From the IMG/VR virus record IMGVR_UViG_3300018429_000006, positions 1 to 53,170 of that record: a DNA stretch of 53,170 nucleotides; one strand, written 5' to 3'. The notes under the pieces were generated by a model. It worked only from the letters and a program-made list of their open reading frames with translations. It had not been told where the DNA came from and did no database searches. This document shows, piece by piece, positions 1-9,466 of the stretch. Positions within the stretch are counted from its first letter, which is position 1, and every line of letters begins with the position of its first letter. The position numbers were made by a program, and so were the translations under genes. The stretch is from a virus (Duplodnaviria; Caudoviricetes).

Positions 1-1749
1 GGTGCTGAGCGTCTGAAGCCGAAGAAGCCTGCCCCTTCTCCTGTGGAGACGGCGGACAAGCCGAAGCGTGGGCGTAGGGACTTCTCGGATGTGCCTGTCC
101 ACGATGCAAACGGTACGCAGATCAAGGCTGGAGACACTATCGGCCACAAGAGGCTTGGTCCTGTTGTGGTCACCGGGTTCCTTCCGGCTGCTGGACGTGT
201 AACCTACATCGACCCTAGCACAAACAAGGAAGCATCCGTCAAGGGCGATAACGTCTCCATCATCTCCGAAGATGTTGCTGCTTCTCCTGAAGCAACAAAG
301 ATCACCGGAGAGCCGGGAGATCGTTTCACGGACCTGACAACAGGTAAGCAGGGCTTCTACGGGGCCAGCGGTGAGCCGATCATCGTTGGACAGCGTGTCA
401 CCACCAGTGATGGTCGTTCCGGCCTTGTCAAGAGTGTCTACACGGCCAAGAGCGGTGTGGCATGGATTCCTGTACAATGGGATGACAACGGCAAGATTAC
501 CCGAGTCTATGGAAACCTGCTCAGCCTTGAAGGCGGATCAGGTGGCAACGGTGGTGGTGGAGGTTCCGCGGAACCTGAAGCCCCCGAGCCAACCGCTCCT
601 GAAGTACCCGAGACACCTTCTGTTCCGGAAGTAGCCCCTGCCCTGTCCATTCAGGATAGTGTAGAGAACTACTCCGGGACAGAGGGGTTCGCCTCTTCCT
701 ACGATCCGGAGACATTCTCAGGCAATCCTCTGAGCGCGTCGGGTATCCGACGCTTTGAAGAGATTACTCAAAACTGGTCAGAGCTTCGCCGTGATATGGT
801 GACCCAATATGATAAAGGTGCAGACGGAAGCACTCTTACTCATGGAGTCAAGGTATGGGCTGCGGATACCGGTGAGTACATGGGTCTTGTGCAGAATGTT
901 GAGGTCTACGCTGACGATATATCGATCCGAATCCGTAAGACCACTGAGCGGTACGAACGTGAGAAGACTGGACCTAATTATGATCCAGACTATCACAGCA
1001 AAACCACAGTATATGACCCGAAGGAACTGATCTCCAAACCACCTACCCTGTGGGACGGTAGCTACGTTGATTTCTCTCAGGCAGGGAGTGTTGAAGAGCT
1101 AAACTCTCTGCTCTTCAAGAACTACCCATCTGTACACTTCAATATTGCGGAGGATCTTGAGTTGAAGCAGGCCAAGTTGCTTGCCAAGGCGGTCTCAGCG
1201 AACTTCCGGAAGTTTCCGATGCTGGAGAACTCCATGAATGAGGTTACAACGGTCACACCAGACGATAACTCGATAGCGTCTCTAGGATCTATCATACCGA
1301 GTGTTGCGATCTTCAGTGACCAGCACTTGAACATCAACCCCTACTCAGCCGCCGAATTCAGGCAGCACGTCAATGACGGAAGGGGAGGCTGGTTTAACGA
1401 TGTACCTAACGGCAAGCAGGCTGACTATATCGTCACCCACGAAATGGGCCATGCTCTGGATGGGTTGACAGGCTGGACGGGTTCTGCTAGAGTGTATGAA
1501 CTGCTAAGAGAGTATTTGGCTGAGCAGGGCATCACAGGTCTATCCAACTCTGAGCTTGCTAAGTACTTGGTGGACAATGGAATGATCTCGGAGTACTCCG
1601 CTGAATTGTGGAATCGAGGCATTGATTCTGATGAAATGGTAGCAGAAGCGTTTGCAGATGTTGAAATCAACGGAATCAATGCCAAGCCGGTAAACAAAAT
1701 GATTCATAAGGAACTAATGACACGACTGGAAGGAATGATGCAAGGATGA
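1..1749 (+). CDS. 5'-truncated large virion-associated protein with SH3-like repeats and a C-terminal zincin-type (HExxH) metallopeptidase domain (MuF/polyvalent-protein-like)
   Basis: Frame is open from base 1. Two beta-rich repeats (DANGTQIKAGDTI; GASGEPIIVGQRV), a Gly/Pro-rich linker, then THEMGHALD...SEYS...EMVAEAFA (HExxH plus downstream Glu). Lies upstream of the head genes. Confidence 0.65.
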   Translation, partial: GAERLKPKKPAPSPVETADKPKRGRRDFSDVPVHDANGTQIKAGDTIGHKRLGPVVVTGFLPAAGRVTYIDPSTNKEASVKGDNVSIISEDVAASPEATKITGEPGDRFTDLTTGKQGFYGASGEPIIVGQRVTTSDGRSGLVKSVYTAKSGVAWIPVQWDDNGKITRVYGNLLSLEGGSGGNGGGGGSAEPEAPEPTAPEVPETPSVPEVAPALSIQDSVENYSGTEGFASSYDPETFSGNPLSASGIRRFEEITQNWSELRRDMVTQYDKGADGSTLTHGVKVWAADTGEYMGLVQNVEVYADDISIRIRKTTERYEREKTGPNYDPDYHSKTTVYDPKELISKPPTLWDGSYVDFSQAGSVEELNSLLFKNYPSVHFNIAEDLELKQAKLLAKAVSANFRKFPMLENSMNEVTTVTPDDNSIASLGSIIPSVAIFSDQHLNINPYSAAEFRQHVNDGRGGWFNDVPNGKQADYIVTHEMGHALDGLTGWTGSARVYELLREYLAEQGITGLSNSELAKYLVDNGMISEYSAELWNRGIDSDEMVAEAFADVEINGINAKPVNKMIHKELMTRLEGMMQG

Positions 1750-2225
1750 TGGGACCGAACGCAACATGGGCGGACTACAGGGCGATTTACCAAAAGTCGC
1801 TCGACAACCCAGACAGGAAATTCGAGAACAACATTCTCGCTGACCCGAAGATCAGAGAATTCTCGGAAGGCAGGCCGGACGACGAAATCGTGCGCGAAGC
1901 TCAGCCGGATTTCGATGAGCCTGAGGGTGAACCCGATCCAGCCGAAGATCCTGAGTCCGGGCTAGGCAACAATGTTGCCTTCAACCTTGTGGTTGACGGG
2001 CTTGACAAGGTACACCTCCTAACCCGGACCAACCGTGAAGGAGGTACTCTTGAGTACCGCTCGAATGGTGAGTGGGTGCTAGTTACCCCTGAAGATGAGA
2101 TGCCAGTGCTGGACGAGTACCCTTTCACTCAGGTGGACGGTCAGGCAGTTGCCATCTGGGATTCGCTGGAAACGGCACCACGTAAGATTGACTTCGAAGC
2201 CACTCTTCTGGACGAATCCGACTAA
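1746..2225 (+). CDS. acidic hypothetical protein (159 aa), translationally coupled to the metallopeptidase gene
   Basis: ATGA overlap with the upstream stop, AAGG upstream, followed by a terminator. Confidence 0.75.
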   Translation: MMGPNATWADYRAIYQKSLDNPDRKFENNILADPKIREFSEGRPDDEIVREAQPDFDEPEGEPDPAEDPESGLGNNVAFNLVVDGLDKVHLLTRTNREGGTLEYRSNGEWVLVTPEDEMPVLDEYPFTQVDGQAVAIWDSLETAPRKIDFEATLLDESD

Positions 2226-2242
2226 TACAAATCTAACACTAT

Positions 2243-2280
2243 GAGAGAGGCCCTGTCAACCGACGGGGCCTTTCTCTTTC
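2243..2280 (+). terminator. intrinsic terminator
   Basis: GAGAGAGGCCCTGTC-AACC-GACGGGGCCTTTCTC followed by TTTC. Confidence 0.75.
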
Positions 2281-2281
2281 G

Positions 2282-2290
2282 TGATATACT
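2282..2290 (+). promoter_or_regulatory. extended -10 promoter element (TGaTATACT) ahead of the head genes
   Basis: TGnTATAMT directly after a terminator. The same motif recurs at 6457, 10167, 19143, 38041 and 49772. Confidence 0.55.
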
Positions 2291-2374
2291 TATAGCAACT
2301 TGTATAAAATTAGGATCAAGTGGGTCAGATGTCTGGAATCACTCGACTACCCATGACCTTGGAAGGCGAAAACT

Positions 2375-4777
2375 TTGGCTAACGATTACCACTGGCGCAG
2401 TACCAAAGCTAAAAAGCAACTTCGTGACCGACTTGGTCGATGGATTTCTCTGGGAGCCAACGTCCGCTACCGTGGCGACGGCATGGAACAGGCTGGCATC
2501 GTTACCAGTGTTATCAATGGCAAGGCGTACGTAGACCAGAAGAACCGTGACGGATCTGTCACGCAAAAAATCATTGACCCTAGTGCTATTCGTGTACTGG
2601 CATCTAAGGCAACACTTCCACCGAACGGCCAGAAGATCCACGATGAGAAGAACAACTTCTCGGAGGCACTGAAGTCTGAAGAATATGGTGCTGCCATGAA
2701 GGCTGGCGGCAAGGCCCTCATCGAACGTGCAGACGGTTATGCCCTCTCAGCAGCTTACGAGAACAAAGCCCTTGGTATGGACCAGAAAGCCCTTGACGGC
2801 ACTGAGACCCACGAGGACAAGGACGGGTCAAACCCGGTTCTGTATCAGCTTTTTGGTCCGGGAGGACGAAGCCTAGGCCAGTACTCCGAAGGCGCTGAGG
2901 ATGACTTTGATGACATGGTTGATGGGGACAAGGCTGACACTGCCCCTGACGGTAGCGGAGAAGCTGCCCCTGCCGGTGACGCCCCTGCTGCTGTAGCTGC
3001 CTCTGTTGAGGTTGTAGGTGAAGAGAAGCCCTTCCGCGTTCCTGAAGCTGTAAAGACTGAAATCACAGCAACCATTGCCAAGTACGGTGCGGCCTCTCTT
3101 TACGAGTTGGACAGGGAAGTCACTACCAGACTTCTCAATGACTCTACTGTATCTCTGTCCGATGTGAAATGGGTTCACGGCTTCTTTGCTCTGAATGACC
3201 TCTCAGAGGGCCTACGTGGTGGCTACAAGGGCCGTAAATGGGCTACCAAGATCGTTGACGCTACCTTCTCTCTGCATGATCCAGAAGAGGAAGTAGGGCA
3301 CCCTAAGTACCAGTTTGACGACGACGTGTACGCGTACTTCGCCATCGGCTCCGATCCCGGCTCCACTCGCGCAAACAAGCTAATTGCTGTAGACTATGAG
3401 TCCGGTGCTGTTCTCGCTTGGGGACCGGATGGCTTTGCCATCATCCCGGAGATGGATATAACAGAAGTGGACGAGCCTCAGATCATCCCGATTGACGAGA
3501 TGACGGCTGATACGCTCGCCCACTGGCTTGATTCCGCAACTGCGGAAGACTATGATCTTTTGGATGCTGACCCGGAAGAGCGCAACCTCTTTACTGTTGC
3601 TGCGTCCGAGCTAGACTTTGAAGAGCTTGATCGTGCATACACTATCATTGCTGCTGCCGGGGACGGTATATATACACCTACCGAGCGAGCACAGAATGCC
3701 AAGACACAGGGACGTGGCGCTGGTGGCAAGTTCGGTGAGACCCCTGACGCCCCTGAGGCCAAGACGGTCCTCGATCAGGTTGAGGATGAGAAGCAAGCCC
3801 CTAGGGTGCAGAAGGCCCGTCTTCCAGTTGCGCTGCCTCTGGTAGCCAATCCTGCTGCACGTATCGCTGAATGGCTCTCTACGGCTGCTGAGGCCCCTGT
3901 AGTGGCCGCTGGTGAGGCTCCGGTAGCGGAAGTGTACACCGAAGAAGATCAGGCCGTTGAGGACGCCGCTACAGGTCCCACAGACGAGGCCCTATACTTT
4001 GCCATCGTTGACGATATCGACAAGACCGCTGTCATGGATGCAATTGCCATCGTCAAGCAGGGTGGAGCGCCTTCAGCGTTCATCCGTGCACAGGGCGTGT
4101 GGACACCTTCACCTGATACACTGACCATCCTACAGGGATCTACCCCGCCACCTGTTGTCGAGCTTCCTGATCCTGCCACTGTTCAAACAGTGCTAAAGCA
4201 GATCGACGCGCACGACTCCGGAGCGGACCAGACTGAGGTCTCTGAAGAGATGGCCCCACAGGCAGGGGAAGTTCCCATTGCTGCCTCTGGTTTCGCCATG
4301 CCTGACGGATCATACACTATAATTGAACCTAGAGATATCGAAGAAGCAGTTGTCGCATCCGGTGCAGCAACTGACATCTTTGTCAAGGCTCACATCCGTA
4401 AGCGTGCTCGTGCATTGAACCGTATGGACCTTGTTCCCGCTGCTTGGCGAGAGTTCTCTCTTGCTGAGATCGGTGAGCTTTCTGCTTCCAAGAACCTGTA
4501 CGGCGAGTTCGGTGAGATCATCACTGCATCCGTTGGACCTAAGAAGGGCGGCACCGAGGCCCAGCTAAGAGCATACTGGACAACCGGCAAGGGTTCTCTC
4601 AAGGTCCGTTGGGGTACTCCCGGAGACCTGACCAGATGCCACAGGCACCTAGCTAAGTACGTTGGACCCCAGAGGTCTTGGTCACTGGCCCAGTCGTACC
4701 ACAAGTCACTGTTCGGTGTCTACAACCACACTCACGACGTAGCAACCGGCCAGTACGTCCCACGAAAGAAGAAGTAA
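2375..4777 (+). CDS. large head-region protein (800 aa), probable virion internal or minor head protein
   Basis: Long ORF with a TTG start after GGAAGG. Contains RDRLGRW and GRGAGGKF motifs and a C-terminal YWTTGKG..RWGTPGD..RC block, both recalled from actinophage head-module proteins. Directly upstream of the protease. Confidence 0.6.
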   Translation: MANDYHWRSTKAKKQLRDRLGRWISLGANVRYRGDGMEQAGIVTSVINGKAYVDQKNRDGSVTQKIIDPSAIRVLASKATLPPNGQKIHDEKNNFSEALKSEEYGAAMKAGGKALIERADGYALSAAYENKALGMDQKALDGTETHEDKDGSNPVLYQLFGPGGRSLGQYSEGAEDDFDDMVDGDKADTAPDGSGEAAPAGDAPAAVAASVEVVGEEKPFRVPEAVKTEITATIAKYGAASLYELDREVTTRLLNDSTVSLSDVKWVHGFFALNDLSEGLRGGYKGRKWATKIVDATFSLHDPEEEVGHPKYQFDDDVYAYFAIGSDPGSTRANKLIAVDYESGAVLAWGPDGFAIIPEMDITEVDEPQIIPIDEMTADTLAHWLDSATAEDYDLLDADPEERNLFTVAASELDFEELDRAYTIIAAAGDGIYTPTERAQNAKTQGRGAGGKFGETPDAPEAKTVLDQVEDEKQAPRVQKARLPVALPLVANPAARIAEWLSTAAEAPVVAAGEAPVAEVYTEEDQAVEDAATGPTDEALYFAIVDDIDKTAVMDAIAIVKQGGAPSAFIRAQGVWTPSPDTLTILQGSTPPPVVELPDPATVQTVLKQIDAHDSGADQTEVSEEMAPQAGEVPIAASGFAMPDGSYTIIEPRDIEEAVVASGAATDIFVKAHIRKRARALNRMDLVPAAWREFSLAEIGELSASKNLYGEFGEIITASVGPKKGGTEAQLRAYWTTGKGSLKVRWGTPGDLTRCHRHLAKYVGPQRSWSLAQSYHKSLFGVYNHTHDVATGQYVPRKKK

Positions 4778-4787
4778 CTTGAAACTC

Positions 4788-6365
4788 ATGCCTCAGATTG
4801 ACGAGGAACTTGTCAAGTCCCTTGCATACAGTGAAGCCATGGTTGCTTCCGCCGCTGACTCTGCAATGGAATTCACTATTGCCCACGGTATTGAAGTACC
4901 AATCTATACTCTTGACAAAGATCTTGGAATGTATGTGGACGACAAGGGCAATGAGCCTGTAGTCGCCTCCCTCCTAGCTTCCGCTGTCGAGTCTTCTGGT
5001 GCTCGCTTTATCATCCCTATTGCGATACCTACTGAGACCTCTTCGGGTGATGAACGTTCCTTCAATAAGAACTCTATCACGTCCCGAGATCTTCCGCTAC
5101 CCCTTATGTGGCAGATCAAGACCGGAAGCGGTCACGATGGCTCCGTAGTGGTTGGTCGTATTGATACACTAGAGGTATTTGATGACGGCACAGTTGGAAA
5201 CGTACGCGGTGTATTCGATGTTGGTCCCTTTGGCCGTGAGGCTGAGCGTATGGTGCGTGGTATGTTCCTCCGTGGTGTTTCTGTTGACCTTGACAAGTTC
5301 AAGGCACAGGTTGAAGAACCAAGTGACGAAGACAAAGAGTTGTCAGACAAGAACACCATTGAGAATGAAAAGATTACCGTCAAGTCTGCACGCCTGATGG
5401 GAATCACCATTGTACCCAAGCCAGCATTTCAGGAGTGCTATATTATGATTGAAGAAGAGCCAACTCTGGATCTTGAAGAGGCACCCTTTGCGGAAGGCAT
5501 CTACGAGGAAATTTCAGAGGACTACGAGTACCAGCTAGCAACCATTGCTGCGTCTGCCGCTCCCATTGTTCCGCCCAAGTCGTGGTTCAAGGACCCCGGA
5601 CTGAACCAGCCTACACCACTCACCGTCACGGATGATGGCCGTGTGTTCGGGCACATTGCCGCATGGCAGACCTCCCACATCGGAATGCCGGGACGAAACG
5701 TCAAACCACCGCGCTCCGCTTCCCAGTACGCGTACTTCCGCAATGGAGTTCTGCGTACGGATGAGGGAGACATTCAGGTCGGGCAGCTTACCCTTGCTGG
5801 CGGACATGCCTCCCTCAGCGCCTCTGCTGAAGAAGCCATCAAACACTATGATGATACTAACTCGGCTGTAGCGGACGTTATTGCTGGCGAAGATCAATTC
5901 GGTATCTATGTCGCGGGTGCGCTGCGCCCAGAAGTCTCACCGTCCCAGATCCGTGCCTTCCGTGCGTCTTCACCTTCCGGTGACTGGCGTCCGATCAATG
6001 GCCGTCTGGAACTGGTTGCTGTCTGTAACGTCAATGTCCCCGGATTCCCGATTGCACGTGCTATCACTGCCTCAGGTGGTGTCCCCGGAGCGCTTGTAGC
6101 TGCCGGTGCTGCATTCCTAGCGGAAATCAAAGAGAATGGCCGTCTCTCCGATATGGAACGACGCCTATCCGCTGTGGAGCAGAACACCTTCTCAAGTGAA
6201 ATTGAGACTGCTCGTAGTCGAATGGCTGCGCTGGTGACGGCACGCAATGCTGAGCTTTCTTCTAAGGCACAGGATGCACGCGCTCGCATGGCATCTATGA
6301 AGACTTCAGAGGAACTAGAGCTTTCAAGCAAGTTAGCACAACTCCGAGCAAAATTCAATAGCTAA
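4788..6365 (+). CDS. capsid maturation protease (HK97-type protease domain plus C-terminal extension)
   Basis: LPLMWQ...GHDGSVVVGRID...LRGVSVD...GITIVPKPAF resembles prohead protease His/Ser motifs. Located just before the major capsid gene. Alternative TTG start at 4779. Confidence 0.75.
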   Translation: MPQIDEELVKSLAYSEAMVASAADSAMEFTIAHGIEVPIYTLDKDLGMYVDDKGNEPVVASLLASAVESSGARFIIPIAIPTETSSGDERSFNKNSITSRDLPLPLMWQIKTGSGHDGSVVVGRIDTLEVFDDGTVGNVRGVFDVGPFGREAERMVRGMFLRGVSVDLDKFKAQVEEPSDEDKELSDKNTIENEKITVKSARLMGITIVPKPAFQECYIMIEEEPTLDLEEAPFAEGIYEEISEDYEYQLATIAASAAPIVPPKSWFKDPGLNQPTPLTVTDDGRVFGHIAAWQTSHIGMPGRNVKPPRSASQYAYFRNGVLRTDEGDIQVGQLTLAGGHASLSASAEEAIKHYDDTNSAVADVIAGEDQFGIYVAGALRPEVSPSQIRAFRASSPSGDWRPINGRLELVAVCNVNVPGFPIARAITASGGVPGALVAAGAAFLAEIKENGRLSDMERRLSAVEQNTFSSEIETARSRMAALVTARNAELSSKAQDARARMASMKTSEELELSSKLAQLRAKFNS

Positions 6366-6366
6366 A

Positions 6367-6401
6367 CTGAAAGGCCTCCCAATTGCGGGAGGCCTTTCCA
6401 G
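6367..6401 (+). terminator. hairpin/terminator after the protease gene
   Basis: GAAAGGCCTCCC-AATTGC-GGGAGGCCTTTC inverted repeat. Confidence 0.65.
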
Positions 6402-6456
6402 TATACGGGGTTTGCCCAGATCTGTCAAGTAAACGTGTCACACCCCAATTTTTTCA

Positions 6457-6465
6457 TGATATACT
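6457..6465 (+). promoter_or_regulatory. extended -10 promoter element for the capsid operon
   Basis: TGATATACT about 110 nt upstream of the capsid start. Confidence 0.55.
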
Positions 6466-6572
6466 GTAACCATACTTAAAGCGCAAGTGCAAAGGCCCTT
6501 GCCCTTCTGCCGCAGGATAACCCGTAAACGATGGACAATCTGTCCACCTCAATATATCAAAGGAGGGCCACT

Positions 6573-8525
6573 GTGGATTCAATCCGTGAAAACCTAGATC
6601 GTCTAGGCGATCTTTCTCCGGAAGAACTTCAGGCTCTACAGGACACGATTGTTACCGAATTCGGGACACTTTCGGAGTCAGTAGGAGACAACCCAACTCG
6701 CGAAGCCGTAGAAGCTATGAACGAACTTGCTGACGCCAACGATGTAGTCGTTGGAGAGCAAGGACGCCGTGTAGCTGAGGCCGCTGAACTCGCAACTGCC
6801 GCAGAAGCAGCTATTTCCCGTTTCAATAGTGGGGAAGACGCTACTGCTGAAGCTGAGACCGATGTCAGCGAAACAAGCGAAGAGACCGGTGAAGACGAAC
6901 TTACCGCAACAAAGGCTGACGATGAGGAAGAGGATAAGGAAGCTCCAGTAGCTGACGAAGCCCCTGCCGAAGAGGAATCCCCAGTTGAGGAAGCTCCAGC
7001 CGATGACGAAGACGAAGATGAGAAAAAGAAACTCAAAGAGTTCTCATCTGACTCCGACATCGCTGCCGAAGCCGTAGCAGAGGTCCCAGCACAAGCTGAG
7101 GCTGCTGTTGAAGAAGCCCCAGTCGAGACTGAGACTTCAGTAGAAACTCCAGAGGCTGAAAGCGCCCCTGAAACCCCCATTGAAAATGTAGATGAAGTTT
7201 CTACAGAAGATACTAACACAGAAAGTTCGGAGGAACCTGTGACTGCCTCTAACACCCCAGAATTCGAAGCACCAGAAGAGCTTCGCCCTACCGCCAAGGC
7301 CGCTGCGCCTGTAGTTATTACCGCTGGTGCTGACCTTCCGGGTATTACCGCAGGTTCCGAGCTTTCCAGCATTGCTGAAGTTGCTCAGGCTATCCTTACG
7401 CGCAAGCACGGCATGGGCCGCACATCCGGTGGAGACGGCGAACAGCACTCAGTTGCTCAGTTCTCCACAACCTTCCCGTCTGAGCGTTACCTTAACGCCA
7501 ACGACATTGAGGGCAACCGCTCCAAGGTCAACGCCGTTGTTTCTCCTGAAGCAATTATCGCTGCCGGTGGCCTTACCGCTCCTGTCGAGACTTCCTACGA
7601 CATCTTCGAGCTTGGCGAGACTTCTGTCCGTCCAGTCCGCGATGCTCTAGCAGTATTCGGCGCTGATCGTGGCGGTATCCGCTTCATGACCCCACCGGTC
7701 CTCGCTGACCTTGAAGGCGCTGTGTCCGTATGGACCATGCAGGACGACATCGACGCTTCCACACCGGAAGCTCCGAACCCCGTCAAGCCGTGCCTTCGCG
7801 TTGCAGCAGGCGTTGAAGTCACCGTCTACACAGACGCTATCCCGCTCTGCCTCACCTTCGGTAACCTAGGCGCACGCGCTTACCCGGAGCTTGTTGAGCG
7901 TCACCTTCAGCTTGGTATGGTTCAGCACGCACGTTTCTCCGAGATCCGTCTGCTTACCCGTATCGGTGCTCTTTCCACACCTGTTACCGCTCCTTCTCAG
8001 CTTGGTGCCGCTCGCGACATCTTCGTACAGCTTGAGCAGGCCGCTGCTGCTTACCGTAGCCGCTACCGCCTTGACCCTAAGGCTCCGCTCCGCGTACTCT
8101 TCCCTGAGTGGTTCAAGAACGCACTTCGTGCAGACCTGACCAAGCAGCTTCCGGGTGACGGTCGCGACGGTACGTTCAACCTTGCAGAAGCCGAGATCAA
8201 CAAGTGGTTCTCCACTCGTAACATCAACGTTGCATGGTTCCTCGACGGCGAAACCGGTCAGATCTTCGGATCACAGTCCGCTGGAGCACTTCTCGGATTC
8301 CCGACAAGCGTTATCTGGTACCTCTTCTCTGAGGGTACTTTCCTCTTCCTCGACGGTGGAACTCTTGACCTTGGACTCGTTCGCGACTCCACACTCAACG
8401 GTACCAACGATTACAAGATCTTCCTTGAGAACTTCGAAGGTGTTGCCAAGGTCGGCGTCGAGTCCCTCCGCGTAACAAGTGCTCTTGCAATCAAGGGTTC
8501 TTCTTCCGCTACCACAGCAGTCTAA
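6573..8525 (+). CDS. major capsid (hexamer) protein with an N-terminal acidic scaffold-like region
   Basis: AAGGAGG RBS at 6560-6566 favours the GTG at 6573 (the ORF track starts at 6531). Strongly biased codons, about 250 aa of Glu/Asp/Ala-rich N-terminus, IIAAGGLTAP, and C-terminal GTLDLGLVRDSTLNGTNDY typical of this actinophage capsid class. Confidence 0.85.
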   Translation: MDSIRENLDRLGDLSPEELQALQDTIVTEFGTLSESVGDNPTREAVEAMNELADANDVVVGEQGRRVAEAAELATAAEAAISRFNSGEDATAEAETDVSETSEETGEDELTATKADDEEEDKEAPVADEAPAEEESPVEEAPADDEDEDEKKKLKEFSSDSDIAAEAVAEVPAQAEAAVEEAPVETETSVETPEAESAPETPIENVDEVSTEDTNTESSEEPVTASNTPEFEAPEELRPTAKAAAPVVITAGADLPGITAGSELSSIAEVAQAILTRKHGMGRTSGGDGEQHSVAQFSTTFPSERYLNANDIEGNRSKVNAVVSPEAIIAAGGLTAPVETSYDIFELGETSVRPVRDALAVFGADRGGIRFMTPPVLADLEGAVSVWTMQDDIDASTPEAPNPVKPCLRVAAGVEVTVYTDAIPLCLTFGNLGARAYPELVERHLQLGMVQHARFSEIRLLTRIGALSTPVTAPSQLGAARDIFVQLEQAAAAYRSRYRLDPKAPLRVLFPEWFKNALRADLTKQLPGDGRDGTFNLAEAEINKWFSTRNINVAWFLDGETGQIFGSQSAGALLGFPTSVIWYLFSEGTFLFLDGGTLDLGLVRDSTLNGTNDYKIFLENFEGVAKVGVESLRVTSALAIKGSSSATTAV

Positions 8526-8578
8526 TAGTAGTTCAAACAGTAACAGTAGCTGGACTCAGAGTCAATTAAGGAATTAAC

Positions 8579-9448
8579 ATGGCACGCACTAACACAACCC
8601 TAGTCCCCACAGCGGGACTTGAGGTCGCCTCCTTTGGCATTCTGAGTCCAGCTACCACTGTGTACAACCACAATGATAGCTTCTGGACCTCAGGTATTAC
8701 CTATGAGAACCAAGATGCTGGACTGGTAGTTGCTAACGGCTCCATCTATGGAGCCTCCCCTATGGAGGCTGTGACTGTCGTAGACAACACGGCTTCAAAG
8801 GAACTCTTCAAAACGTACTACCCTTTCGATGTAAAGGCCTCCGTAAAGGTTTCCACTTTTGGAACCGCCCCGGATGAGATCGAAGCCAGCGCGAAGAATG
8901 CGCTGGATATCGTAATGCAGAAAGCAATCGAGATTGAATTCTGGAATGGCGATATAGCTCAACTTCTTGACTCAGATAATGATAACAGATACCTCGCATC
9001 GGCACAAGCCGTTGACGTAACACCTACCGCTGGTACAGGAGTCAAGATCCGCTATGGACTTGGGCTTCTCGAAGAAGCACTCGGAAACGCCTCCCTAGGC
9101 GCTAAGGGTGTCATCCACGTACCTAGGTTGGTGGGATCTGCTCTAAACCTCGAAAAAGACGGTAAGAAGTTGGTAGCCCCGCTCGGAAACTCTGTAGTTT
9201 CCGGTGTTGGCTACTCCAAGAAGGGTCCTAACGGGGCAGACGCAGCCGCAGGCAAGGCATGGATGTACGCAACCGGCCCAGTCTCAGTCCGCATTGGCCC
9301 GACCATCGTAACACCTGAAAAGCTGAATCAGGCTATCAACACCCAGATCAACGAGATCCAGTATTTCGTTGACGGTTCAGCAGCGGTTACTTGGTCAACT
9401 ACCGATCTGTACGCAGTACTTGTTGATCTAACACTAGATTACGCTTAG
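8579..9448 (+). CDS. second capsid protein, likely major capsid pentamer protein
   Basis: 289 aa directly after the MCP, TAAGGA RBS. The PFDVKAS...STFG...QKAIEIEFWNG pattern and position match the pentamer gene of actinophages with split hexamer/pentamer capsids (from recall). Confidence 0.6.
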   Translation: MARTNTTLVPTAGLEVASFGILSPATTVYNHNDSFWTSGITYENQDAGLVVANGSIYGASPMEAVTVVDNTASKELFKTYYPFDVKASVKVSTFGTAPDEIEASAKNALDIVMQKAIEIEFWNGDIAQLLDSDNDNRYLASAQAVDVTPTAGTGVKIRYGLGLLEEALGNASLGAKGVIHVPRLVGSALNLEKDGKKLVAPLGNSVVSGVGYSKKGPNGADAAAGKAWMYATGPVSVRIGPTIVTPEKLNQAINTQINEIQYFVDGSAAVTWSTTDLYAVLVDLTLDYA

Positions 9449-9466
9449 AATTAGGAGATATAACCC

